Shown: positions 42,233 to 50,966 of the stretch, one piece after another
Layout: the number at the start of each line of letters is the position of its first letter
How positions within the stretch are numbered: the stretch's first letter is position 1
Source of the DNA: Spirochaetia bacterium
GTDB lineage: Bacteria > Spirochaetota > Spirochaetia > WTKD01 > G963693115
Assembly (NCBI GenBank): GCA_965226055.1
Contig: CBDDCA010000005.1
Coordinates: 256,001 to 320,000 of the forward strand
Length of the DNA: 64,000 bases
Reading direction: 5' to 3'
Notes under the pieces: generated by a model
Told to the model about the DNA's origin: nothing
The model's database searches: none
Seen by the model: the letters and a program-made list of their open reading frames with translations, nothing else
Program-made: the position numbers and the translations under genes

Positions 42233-42523
42233 CTAATGACGTAGCCCCAGATCAGCGATAAGTTCTCTATATCCTGTCAAGTTTTTATCTTTATAATACT
42301 TAAGCATTTTTCTCCGTTTCCCTACCATTTTCAACAAAGCATTTGTATTAGAGTAGTCTTTTCTGTACTGCTTTAAGTGCTGAGAAAGATGATTTATCTT
42401 ATAGGTCAACAATGCTAGTTGTACTTTAATATTTCCTGTATCGTTAGCATTTTCACCATATTTAGATATGATATTTTGAATGCTTTCTTTTCTATTTGTG
42501 TGTATACCGTTTATTTCATTCAT
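42233..42523 (-). CDS. rpsO: 30S ribosomal protein S15
   Basis: DTG...VQLALLT..I..L..HL...KD, LLKMVGKRRKML.Y, LGLR. Confidence 0.96.
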   Translation of the reverse strand: MNEINGIHTNRKESIQNIISKYGENANDTGNIKVQLALLTYKINHLSQHLKQYRKDYSNTNALLKMVGKRRKMLKYYKDKNLTGYRELIADLGLRH

Positions 42524-42560
42524 TGAGACAATCTCCTAATAATAATCTGCTCCTATTATG

Positions 42561-42590
42561 ATTATACCCCTATACCATTAACAAAGTCAA
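42561..42590 (-). promoter_or_regulatory. rpsO operon promoter
   Basis: TTGACT (42590-85), 18 nt, TATAAT (42566-61). Confidence 0.65.
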
Positions 42591-42729
42591 TACATAGGGG
42601 AAATTTTTTTGGTGCAGAAGTAGGATGAGTACATCTTTGCTTGACTTATCCTTCTACTACAAATCAGTATAAGCAAGGCTTACTACAAAGGATGTTTGTG
42701 TAAAATAATGTATACCAATCTCAACAACA

Positions 42730-43089
42730 TTAAAAATTAAACAGTTGGGAAAAAATGAGTGAAAATCCTGTCAATGTAATAGCAAAGTGTATGCCTAATA
42801 TCCAATATATAGTTTTGATATTTGCATTTACACTATTTATTTTTTCTGTCATATTTGTTTGAATACTATTCATTCTTTCTGTCATACTGGTATTTACGCT
42901 GTTTATTCTTTCTGTCATGCTGGTATTTACGCTGTTTATTTTTTCTGCCATACTATTCATTCTTTCTGTCATGCTTGTGTTAATACTATTCATCTTTTCT
43001 GTCATACTGTTCATTTTTTCTAATAGAATATCATAGTGAGTTGCTGGTGCCTCAATTGATATATCATCAGTATTTTCTTTATCGTTCAT
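42730..43089 (-). CDS. Bdr/DUF1640-like coiled-coil repeat protein with a C-terminal TM anchor
   Basis: 7/11-aa repeats (TERINSVNTSM, TEKMNSM) followed by YWILGIHFAITL TM. Confidence 0.75.
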   Translation of the reverse strand: MNDKENTDDISIEAPATHYDILLEKMNSMTEKMNSINTSMTERMNSMAEKINSVNTSMTERINSVNTSMTERMNSIQTNMTEKINSVNANIKTIYWILGIHFAITLTGFSLIFSQLFNF

Positions 43090-43273
43090 ACTTCTATGAT
43101 ACCATATTTCCTACAACTTAATTGCAGTTTTAAGCATTAAATTGGAAATTTTAATTACTCACTAAACAGCAGAATAAACACACCATATGGTTATTGCACA
43201 GTATACTCCATATATATATAGCATTTTTTTTCAATTTATTCACTAAATTTATTCATTAAAAGTAATATCTTTC

Positions 43274-43302
43274 TTGTCAATAAATACATACTTTGGTATA
43301 CT
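43274..43302 (+). promoter_or_regulatory. nqr operon promoter
   Basis: TTGTCA, 17 nt, TG-G-TATACT. Confidence 0.7.
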
Positions 43303-43352
43303 ATATAAAATAATAAGCACATTAGACATATAATGTAAGGAGGTCTCAACAC

Positions 43353-44429
43353 GTGAGTGATATTTTTCAAAAACAGATGATTATGCGTAGGGTATGCTAC
43401 TCATTAATACCTATACTTTTATATTCTGTATTTCTCTATGGGTTTCGCCCAATATATCAAGTAGCAGTAGCATTTATCATAGGAATACTAACAGAATATT
43501 TTTTCGAAAAACAAAGAAATAAAAAAGTAAGTGAAGCAGTCTTAGTAACCTGCTTTCTTTATGGACTTTCACTTCCACCAAATCTCCCTATTTGGATGAA
43601 TGTGGTCGGTATATTTTTTGCAGTGTTCATTGCAAAATGTGTATTTGGAGGCTTCGGAAAAAATGTATACAATCCTGCTATTACAGGAAGACTTTTCATT
43701 TACTTAGCCTTTCCATCGGCATTAACTACTATGTATTGGCAGCAAATTTCGGTAGGAGCAGGAGGACTTGCTAATCTCATGGGATCAGTGGATGCAATAA
43801 GTTCTGCTACTCCTCTGGTATTATTACAGAACGGGGAAATACCTCCGCTTTGGAATCTTTTCTTTGGACTTCGATTGGGTTCTATAGGCGAGGGAGCTAT
43901 TTTCTTACTTATCATTTCTGGCATATACCTTATAAAAACAAAGACTGCTGACTGGCGTCTTATTCTTTCTACCCTTATTAGTTCTCTATTCTTTTTATCG
44001 CTTTTCTATGCGTTAGGACTTATGAGAGGCTTCTCGGATGAACGAACATTTACTGAAGGATTTTATGTTGTGTTAGCATATCTTATGTCTGGCTCCATTG
44101 TATATGTAGCTATATATATGACTACAGATCCAATATCAGGGCCAAACCAGAAAAAATCTAAGTGGGTATACGGTGCCATCATTGGACTGAGTACGATACT
44201 CATTCGCTTATTTGGAGGCTTTCCCGAAGGGGTCAGCTTTGCGGTAATGATAGGAAATACCTTTGCTTGTCTTTTAGACGAGGTATTTGCTACAAAAAAA
44301 GCAAAAGTACCAGCAAAAAAGCCTGCTACACAAAAGGTAGCAGTGCAAAAAGCCGCTGCTACTGCTGTAATTGTAGACACTATTTCAAAAGAAACAGGTA
44401 GTGCTACTACATCACATAAAAAAGTATAA
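43353..44429 (+). CDS. nqrB: NqrB/RnfD-family membrane subunit
   Basis: FGGFGKNVYNPA, DAISSATP FMN-attachment motif, GSIGE, MTTDP, PEGV; GTG start after AAGGAGG. Confidence 0.85.
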   Translation: MSDIFQKQMIMRRVCYSLIPILLYSVFLYGFRPIYQVAVAFIIGILTEYFFEKQRNKKVSEAVLVTCFLYGLSLPPNLPIWMNVVGIFFAVFIAKCVFGGFGKNVYNPAITGRLFIYLAFPSALTTMYWQQISVGAGGLANLMGSVDAISSATPLVLLQNGEIPPLWNLFFGLRLGSIGEGAIFLLIISGIYLIKTKTADWRLILSTLISSLFFLSLFYALGLMRGFSDERTFTEGFYVVLAYLMSGSIVYVAIYMTTDPISGPNQKKSKWVYGAIIGLSTILIRLFGGFPEGVSFAVMIGNTFACLLDEVFATKKAKVPAKKPATQKVAVQKAAATAVIVDTISKETGSATTSHKKV

Positions 44430-44441
44430 TAAGGAGAAATT

Positions 44442-45041
44442 ATGAAAAATACATTTGCATATACTGTTGTGTTTACTTTTGTTTCTTGCTTTCTTTTCGT
44501 TCTCTTTCTTTCGTTTACAAACACAATATTATCTGATAAGATAGCTGCTAATGCACGATTTGTTCAGGAAAAAGCTATTTTACTGGCATTAGGAGCAGAC
44601 GAAACCGATGTTACTACTCTAGAGCAAGTAGATGCATTGAGTACCAATTTGCAAAAAGTAGAAAAGAATGGTAATGTTTACTATCAAGGAGATTTTGGAA
44701 AAAAAGCTCTGGCTACCCCTTTTTCAGGGCCTGGTCTCTGGGGAACTATTTCAGGGTACATTTCATTTAGCGAAGATGGTAATCAAATAGTGGGGTTTCG
44801 TGTTACAGAACACAATGAGACTCCTGGTCTTGGTGCTCGTGTTGATGAACCATGGTTCTACAAACAACTACAAGGCGAAACTATACAAAATAACACAATA
44901 CGTGTTGGAGCGGGAGGAACAGGTGACGCAGATAAAGATAATAGTGTCATTGACGGAATATCAGGCGCTACCCGTACAAGCGATGGAGTACAAGTAATCT
45001 TAAATAATTATATCACACAATTTAGTAAGGACTGGAGGTAA
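44442..45041 (+). CDS. nqrC: NqrC/RnfG-family FMN-binding subunit
   Basis: GPGLWG, ETPGLGA, DGISGAT. Confidence 0.88.
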   Translation: MKNTFAYTVVFTFVSCFLFVLFLSFTNTILSDKIAANARFVQEKAILLALGADETDVTTLEQVDALSTNLQKVEKNGNVYYQGDFGKKALATPFSGPGLWGTISGYISFSEDGNQIVGFRVTEHNETPGLGARVDEPWFYKQLQGETIQNNTIRVGAGGTGDADKDNSVIDGISGATRTSDGVQVILNNYITQFSKDWR

Positions 45042-45043
45042 TA

Positions 45044-45673
45044 ATGCTTAAAACATTAAAAGACAATATGTGGGCAAACAATCCCATTTTTATGCAAATA
45101 TTAGGTATTTGCTCTGCATTAGCAGTAACAAACTTAATGGTAAATACACTTATCATGAGTGCTGGAGTAATTGCAGTAACAGGACTTAGTAGTTTCACTA
45201 TATCGATCATTAAGTCTCTTATTCCACGTAAAGTAAGAATGATTACGCAAGTTATGGTAATAGCGTTTTATACTGTAATTGTAGATATTATTCTCAAAGC
45301 ATATACCCCTGAGATATCAAAATCTCTTGGACCATATGTAGGACTTATCATCACTAACTGTATTATTATGGGGCGTGCAGAAGCCTATGCCCAATCTAAT
45401 CCTCCGCTTCCTGCTTTGTGGGATGGAATTACCAGCGGATTAGGATATATGTCCGTACTCTTTGTAGTATCTATTTTTAGAGAGCTGCTTGGCTTTGGCA
45501 GTCTTATGGGAATGCGTGTAATGCCCGAAGGGTTTACTACATGGGCAATTATGGTTTCCCCTCCTAGCGCATTTTTCTTTTTAGGTATTTTTATTTGGAT
45601 AGGAAAAGCTATTCAAAATAGAAAGGTAACTCAGACAGTACCAGCAGGCGCAGTTCCTGTTGGAGCAAAATAA
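45044..45673 (+). CDS. nqrD: NqrD membrane subunit
   Basis: QILGICSALAVT, VGLIITNCIIMGRAEA. Confidence 0.9.
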   Translation: MLKTLKDNMWANNPIFMQILGICSALAVTNLMVNTLIMSAGVIAVTGLSSFTISIIKSLIPRKVRMITQVMVIAFYTVIVDIILKAYTPEISKSLGPYVGLIITNCIIMGRAEAYAQSNPPLPALWDGITSGLGYMSVLFVVSIFRELLGFGSLMGMRVMPEGFTTWAIMVSPPSAFFFLGIFIWIGKAIQNRKVTQTVPAGAVPVGAK

Positions 45674-45683
45674 GGAGGAGTAT

Positions 45684-46280
45684 ATGGCACCAGCAATTGG
45701 ACCTATTAGTTTATTTTTTGCTTCTGTTTTTACAAGCAATATTCTTCTGTCAAATTTTCTTGGCATGTGTTCTTTTATTACCATTTCAAAAGATTTTAAG
45801 TCATCGTTGGGCTTAGGACTTGCGGTTACCGTTGTCCTTACTATCACTACTGTTATCAACTGGTTTATATACTATTATATTCTTGTTCCGTTTGGACTTG
45901 AATATCTACGATATATAGTATTCATTCTTGTTATTGCAGCAATAGTACAAATACTGGAAATGTTTATTGATCGTGTATCTCAACAGCTTTATATTACACT
46001 CGGTATATTTTTACCTCTTATTACTGTTAATTGTTCTATTCTTGGAGCTGCACTTTTTATGCAAATACGACAATATAATTTTATTCAAACTCTTATTTTT
46101 AGCTTGGGTTCTGGGTTAGGATGGTGGTTAGCCATACTTGCACTTGCAGCTATGCGTAAACAAAAAATAGAGAAAGCTCCTATTCCTGAAGGATTGAAAG
46201 GAGCAGGCATAGTATTTATTACTATTGGACTTATGGCTATGGCATTCACTGGTTTTTCTGGTATGCTTGCTGTACAATAA
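45684..46280 (+). CDS. nqrE: NqrE membrane subunit
   Basis: FLGMC, LGIFLPLITVNC, GLMAMAF.GFSG; start set at AAGGAGGAG-tat-ATG 45684. Confidence 0.9.
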   Translation: MAPAIGPISLFFASVFTSNILLSNFLGMCSFITISKDFKSSLGLGLAVTVVLTITTVINWFIYYYILVPFGLEYLRYIVFILVIAAIVQILEMFIDRVSQQLYITLGIFLPLITVNCSILGAALFMQIRQYNFIQTLIFSLGSGLGWWLAILALAAMRKQKIEKAPIPEGLKGAGIVFITIGLMAMAFTGFSGMLAVQ

Positions 46281-46303
46281 ATTATTATACAACGGAGGCA
46301 ACT

Positions 46304-47428
46304 ATGACAGTATATGTATTAGCACCATTGATACTTGGCATTACGAGTGCTGTATTAGCAGCACTTATTGATATATCTGATAAAGTGCTTAACAATTATG
46401 GTGTTTGTAAAATAAACATAAACAGTGGAAAAAAAGAATTGGATGTAAAAGGAGGGTCCCCTCTCCTTATTACTCTTGCAGAACAGAAAATATTTGTTCC
46501 CTCAGCATGTGGCGGAAGAGGTACTTGTGGAGCATGTAAAATTCAAATGCCTACAAACGAAGATCCTGTTTTGCCTACTGAAATTCCTTTTTTCAACAAA
46601 GAAGAGTTAGCAAACAAAACACGTCTTGCATGTCAAGTAAAGGTAAAAAAGGATCTAGAAATAGAAATACCTGAAGATTTGTTCAATGTTAAAAAATTAG
46701 AATCAACAGTAGCAAGTATTGTAGATGTTACCTATGATATTAAAGAAGTGCGATTACAGATTCCTGAGCCTGTATCATTTAAGCCAGGACAGTATATGCA
46801 GTTTGAAACTCCAAAGTATAAACATAACAAAAAAACATATGACTCTACCTTTAGAGCATATTCGCTTGCTTCAAGTGTAGGGTCTAAAGATGAAGTAGAA
46901 TTTCTTATTCGACTTGTTCCTGGCGGTATTGTTACCACGTATACCCATGAGTATCTAAAAGAAGGGGCAAAAATAAATACTATAGGTCCTTTTGGTGATT
47001 TTTATGTAAGAGATACTGGTAATATTATGATTTGTGTTGCTGGTGGGTCAGGGATGGCTCCTTTTAGGAGTATTTTTCGTACAATGATGGAAGAAAATAC
47101 ATTTCAAAATAGAGAGATATGGTACTTTTTTGGAGCAAAAGCAACACGTGATATGTACTACATGGATTGGCTGTACGATGTAGAGAAGCAATATAAAAAC
47201 TTTCACTTTGTTCCTGCACTTTCTGAGCCTCTTCCTGAAGATAACTGGAAAGGGCCTACAGGACTTATTACCGAAGTGCTTGATACATATCTTAAGGAAA
47301 ACATTGATACTAAGGCTACTCGTGAAGGCTATCTTTGTGGGAGTCCTGGCATGTTAGATGCGTGCATGGCCGTTATGGGTAAAAACAATATGAAAGAAGA
47401 AGAGATTTTCTTCGATAAGTTTGCATAA
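46304..47428 (+). CDS. nqrF: NqrF: 2Fe-2S / FAD / NADH-binding subunit
   Basis: SACGGRGTCGAC...RLAC, RAYS, GPFG, AGGSGMAP, YLCGSP, FFDKF. Confidence 0.88.
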   Translation: MTVYVLAPLILGITSAVLAALIDISDKVLNNYGVCKININSGKKELDVKGGSPLLITLAEQKIFVPSACGGRGTCGACKIQMPTNEDPVLPTEIPFFNKEELANKTRLACQVKVKKDLEIEIPEDLFNVKKLESTVASIVDVTYDIKEVRLQIPEPVSFKPGQYMQFETPKYKHNKKTYDSTFRAYSLASSVGSKDEVEFLIRLVPGGIVTTYTHEYLKEGAKINTIGPFGDFYVRDTGNIMICVAGGSGMAPFRSIFRTMMEENTFQNREIWYFFGAKATRDMYYMDWLYDVEKQYKNFHFVPALSEPLPEDNWKGPTGLITEVLDTYLKENIDTKATREGYLCGSPGMLDACMAVMGKNNMKEEEIFFDKFA

Positions 47429-47450
47429 GCAGCTTATATACATGTAATAT

Positions 47451-48503
47451 ATGTCAAGTTCATTTGGTACTATTTTTAAGATAAGTACCTTTGGTGAATC
47501 ACATGGCAAGGCTGTTGGAGTAATTCTTGAAGGAGTTACTCCTGGTCTTGCACTTAGCGAACAAGATATTCAAAAAGATCTTGATAGAAGAAAGCCTGGT
47601 CAATCTGATATTACTACTCCTCGCAAAGAGTCTGACATAGTGCATATTGTATCGGGAATATTTGAGGGCAAAACTACTGGTACTCCCCTTACCATGATAC
47701 TATACAATAGTGATAGTAAATCAAGCGATTATAATGCTATAAAAAATCTTTTTCGTCCTGGTCATGCTGATTATACATATCTAAAAAAGTATGGCATACG
47801 CGACTGGCGTGGCAGTGGACGTGCAAGTGGAAGAGAGACTGCTGCACGCGTGGCGGCTGCTACTGTGGCAAAAAAATTGCTTGCAAAACGTGGCGTGCAT
47901 ATTACAGGCTATACTCTTGAAGCTGGTGGTATACGCTGTGCTACTATAGATACTTCTGTTATTGAGAAAAATCCTATGCGTGCAGCAGATATGCTTGCTG
48001 CAGAAAAGATGATGGAGAAAGGCTTACGGTTAAAAGAACAGAAGAATAGCATGGGAGGGATTATTGAGTGTACTATTACTGGTGCTACTGCTGGGTTAGG
48101 AGAGCCTGCTTTTGATAAAATAGAGGCACTTCTTGCACATGCAATGCTTTCTATTGGAGCAATAAAGGGCTTTGAAATAGGATCGGGCTTTGAAGGGACA
48201 CGGATGAGCGGAGAAGAACACAACGATACTATGAACACCCAAGGGTTTTTAAGCAATAATGCTGGAGGCACCCTTGGAGGTATCTCTACTGGACAAGATA
48301 TTGTGTTTAGAGTAGCAGTCAAGCCTGTGTCTTCTATAGCGTTGCCTCAGGCTACTGTGTCAATTACTGGAGAAGAAGCAGAAATATCCACCGAAGGACG
48401 ACATGATGTATGTATATGTCCACGTGTAGTGCCTGTAGTAGAAGCTATGGCAGCACTTGTATTAGAAGATTTATACAAGAGACATGCTGCTCTTATGTAC
48501 TAG
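47451..48503 (+). CDS. aroC: Chorismate synthase
   Basis: TFGESHG, RPGHAD, GRASGRETAARV, NNAGG.LGGIS.G, GRHD. Confidence 0.98.
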   Translation: MSSSFGTIFKISTFGESHGKAVGVILEGVTPGLALSEQDIQKDLDRRKPGQSDITTPRKESDIVHIVSGIFEGKTTGTPLTMILYNSDSKSSDYNAIKNLFRPGHADYTYLKKYGIRDWRGSGRASGRETAARVAAATVAKKLLAKRGVHITGYTLEAGGIRCATIDTSVIEKNPMRAADMLAAEKMMEKGLRLKEQKNSMGGIIECTITGATAGLGEPAFDKIEALLAHAMLSIGAIKGFEIGSGFEGTRMSGEEHNDTMNTQGFLSNNAGGTLGGISTGQDIVFRVAVKPVSSIALPQATVSITGEEAEISTEGRHDVCICPRVVPVVEAMAALVLEDLYKRHAALMY

Positions 48504-48570
48504 ATTATTATGAAATTCACATTTTTTTTGCTTTCTTAGTATAGGTATTTTATAGAGACACATATATAAA

Positions 48571-48600
48571 TAAAAAGGAATACCTATGTATTCCTTTTTA
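48571..48600. terminator. Bidirectional hairpin terminator
   Basis: TAAAAAGGAATAC-ctat-GTATTCCTTTTTA. Confidence 0.85.
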
Positions 48601-48638
48601 TGCTTTGATATAATGTATATATAGCCGTATATTAGCTA

Positions 48639-48797
48639 TTATTCCTCTGCAGAGAACTCGTCTTTGCCTGCTCCGCATAAAGGACATACCCAATCTTCTG
48701 GTAAATCACTGAACTCTGTTCCTGGTTCAATATCACTATCTGGATCGCCTTCTTCAGGATCATAAATATATCCACATACACCACATACATATTTCAT
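48639..48797 (-). CDS. Rubredoxin (52 aa; below the ORF-track cutoff)
   Basis: Manual translation: [52 protein letters not shown]; two CxxC motifs; RBS AGGGGG. Confidence 0.97.
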   Translation of the reverse strand: MKYVCGVCGYIYDPEEGDPDSDIEPGTEFSDLPEDWVCPLCGAGKDEFSAEE

Positions 48798-48889
48798 ATT
48801 GTTATCCCCCTATATATAAAATCAATTCTTTTTATAAGCATAGCATATATGTGCTTGTATGTAAAGAACACATACTGCTGCTATTTTTA

Positions 48890-49567
48890 TTATTTTTCCT
48901 CTGTTTCTGTTGTGTCTGTATTGACATCATGCACTGTTATTGGTGTTATTTTCTCTTGGGTATTCTCGATATTATTTTTATACAACTGCTTTTCTAACCA
49001 CCAACGGTTAATTAGCACTCCTCCAAATAAAATCAGAATAAGTGGGCGTAAAATTTCCCAGAAAAAAGAAAAGCTAAAAGCATTTGTGATAGTAAGAAGG
49101 AGCAATACTCCAAACAGTATGATAATAATACCGACTACTAAAAAGCGTATACTGATAGTTTTTTTGCGTACCGATATTCTAAAGTAGGTAGCATACACTA
49201 TCATGATTACCCCAAGCAGTATTAAGATAATTGAAAACATGTTTTTCTGGTTTGTGATGTCTTCTAGTATAGAACCTACCCATAACAAAAGCAGTATTTC
49301 ACCTAAAAAGAAAAATATTTTGTGCAGTTTACATATCCAAAAACTAATCATAAAATATAATCCAACGATAAGTAATAGATAGTTATTATACTGAGCAATA
49401 GTAGGAAACAGAGAAAGGATATACATGTATATTCCTGTGGCTACAAGCAGTATACCTATAACGACACCTGAACTACTGTGCTGAAATATACTTTTTTGCT
49501 TTTCTGAAATAAGTCCTTGTTTACTTTGCTCTTTATTGGTGTTTTTAAACGTGTCTTGTGTACTCAT
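48890..49567 (-). CDS. Multi-pass membrane protein (LiaF/DUF5668-like repeats possible)
   Basis: About 6 hydrophobic segments; GILLVATG and W..LRPLILILFGG motifs. Confidence 0.65.
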   Translation of the reverse strand: MSTQDTFKNTNKEQSKQGLISEKQKSIFQHSSSGVVIGILLVATGIYMYILSLFPTIAQYNNYLLLIVGLYFMISFWICKLHKIFFFLGEILLLLWVGSILEDITNQKNMFSIILILLGVIMIVYATYFRISVRKKTISIRFLVVGIIIILFGVLLLLTITNAFSFSFFWEILRPLILILFGGVLINRWWLEKQLYKNNIENTQEKITPITVHDVNTDTTETEEK

Positions 49568-49647
49568 AGTATAAGTATATCATACTTCATTATTTTCAAT
49601 GTACAGATGCTTTCTGTAGTTGTATTATCGTACAATAATTTGTTCTT

Positions 49648-50868
49648 TTATTCTGCTTTTTTTGTTATTCTGTATATGCTTCCATTGTTTTTGTCGGTAA
49701 TAAAATATATATCATCATTATGCATTTTGATTGAACGGATGCGCCCATATTTTTTGTCAAGTAACTGTTCTATTTCTTGTACTTTTGTTCCACTGTCATC
49801 AAGCCTTATACGATATATTTGCTGAAATTTTAGCGCTGCTGCAAATAGATTACCGTTCCATTGTTCAAACTGTGTTCCATAATAGACACTCAAGCCTGAA
49901 AGTGCTGGTGATATATCCCAATAGTATAATGGCTCTTCCATTCCTTCTTTGCTTGTTCCTTCCCCTACTTGTTTCCCTGTGCTGTATTCTTTTCCGTACG
50001 ACACAACAGGCCAGCCATAATTTTTAGGTGCTGTGCTGTCTATGCTGATACGATTAAACTCGTCCCCTCCTTTTGGTCCGTGTTCTGTTTCATAGAGTTG
50101 CTTGCGTACACTATCGTAATACAGTCCTTGCGGATTACGATGCCCATAGCTTATACTACGACTCTCTGAGCCATCAAGGGCTATTGCTTGTATCGTTCCA
50201 TGATCGCTTAAGAGTGACTGCGATTCATATCGCTGACCTCTGTCCCCTAGTCCAAGAAACAATACTTCTTTTCCTGTATCATCAAAGCCTATCGTCAACA
50301 TGCCACCAAAGTGTATGGTTGACCGTGCTTTTTTGTTCATCTCATATATGACTGTCACTTGCTGTGCTGCTACTGTATCATATGTATTGTTAAATATCTG
50401 TTCTTCATCGAGGCGAAACGATAGTACTGCTGTGGTATTGGCATACGCATTGCCTTTTGCGTAGCTTGCATACACTGTACCGTCTGCTGATTGTACGAGA
50501 TCAAACCAGCCTCCTTGTCCTTGCTGGTATATGTCTTGTGGTAGTTGAGTAATGCATTTTATTGTATTGCCTACTATCACCCACAGCCCTCCGTTTCGTT
50601 CACTTATAATGATAGGATCTTGCTGCTGAGTATGTGCTGTATACCATGTTATGCCCCATGGATGCACAAAGCCTGTGTATAGTGCTTCTATAATGAGATT
50701 GTATTGTTTCGTACGCTGTACTGTTGTATTCTTATTCTTTGCGGCTGCTACTGTGGTGATGGTAGTGTTATGTTTTGCGTCTTCGGTACACTCCCTTGCG
50801 TGCAACAAGGATGGGCTAAGCACAGCGAGACATACATATACTGACATACACAGATACAAGAATTTCAT
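49648..50868 (-). CDS. Exported PQQ-dependent aldose sugar dehydrogenase (GSDH/YliI family)
   Basis: Signal peptide, HPWGI, GQGG..D, HFGG, YGHRNPQGL, EHGPKGGDEFN, NYGWP, GRIR. Confidence 0.92.
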   Translation of the reverse strand: MKFLYLCMSVYVCLAVLSPSLLHARECTEDAKHNTTITTVAAAKNKNTTVQRTKQYNLIIEALYTGFVHPWGITWYTAHTQQQDPIIISERNGGLWVIVGNTIKCITQLPQDIYQQGQGGWFDLVQSADGTVYASYAKGNAYANTTAVLSFRLDEEQIFNNTYDTVAAQQVTVIYEMNKKARSTIHFGGMLTIGFDDTGKEVLFLGLGDRGQRYESQSLLSDHGTIQAIALDGSESRSISYGHRNPQGLYYDSVRKQLYETEHGPKGGDEFNRISIDSTAPKNYGWPVVSYGKEYSTGKQVGEGTSKEGMEEPLYYWDISPALSGLSVYYGTQFEQWNGNLFAAALKFQQIYRIRLDDSGTKVQEIEQLLDKKYGRIRSIKMHNDDIYFITDKNNGSIYRITKKAE

Positions 50869-50966
50869 GGCTATTTATACTACTGCTTGTATAAGCAGTA
50901 TATCACAATGCGTGCTATTGTATGCATAGCTATCTATAGTTTATGCTTCCTGCAGGAGTAGTGATG

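Noticed and set aside
42612-42700. Possible structured ncRNA between rpsO and the Bdr-like gene
   Set aside because: Only an imperfect hairpin (agaag..ggatgagt / acttatcc.ttct) upstream of the rpsO promoter; no recognisable family, and it could be a weak terminator.
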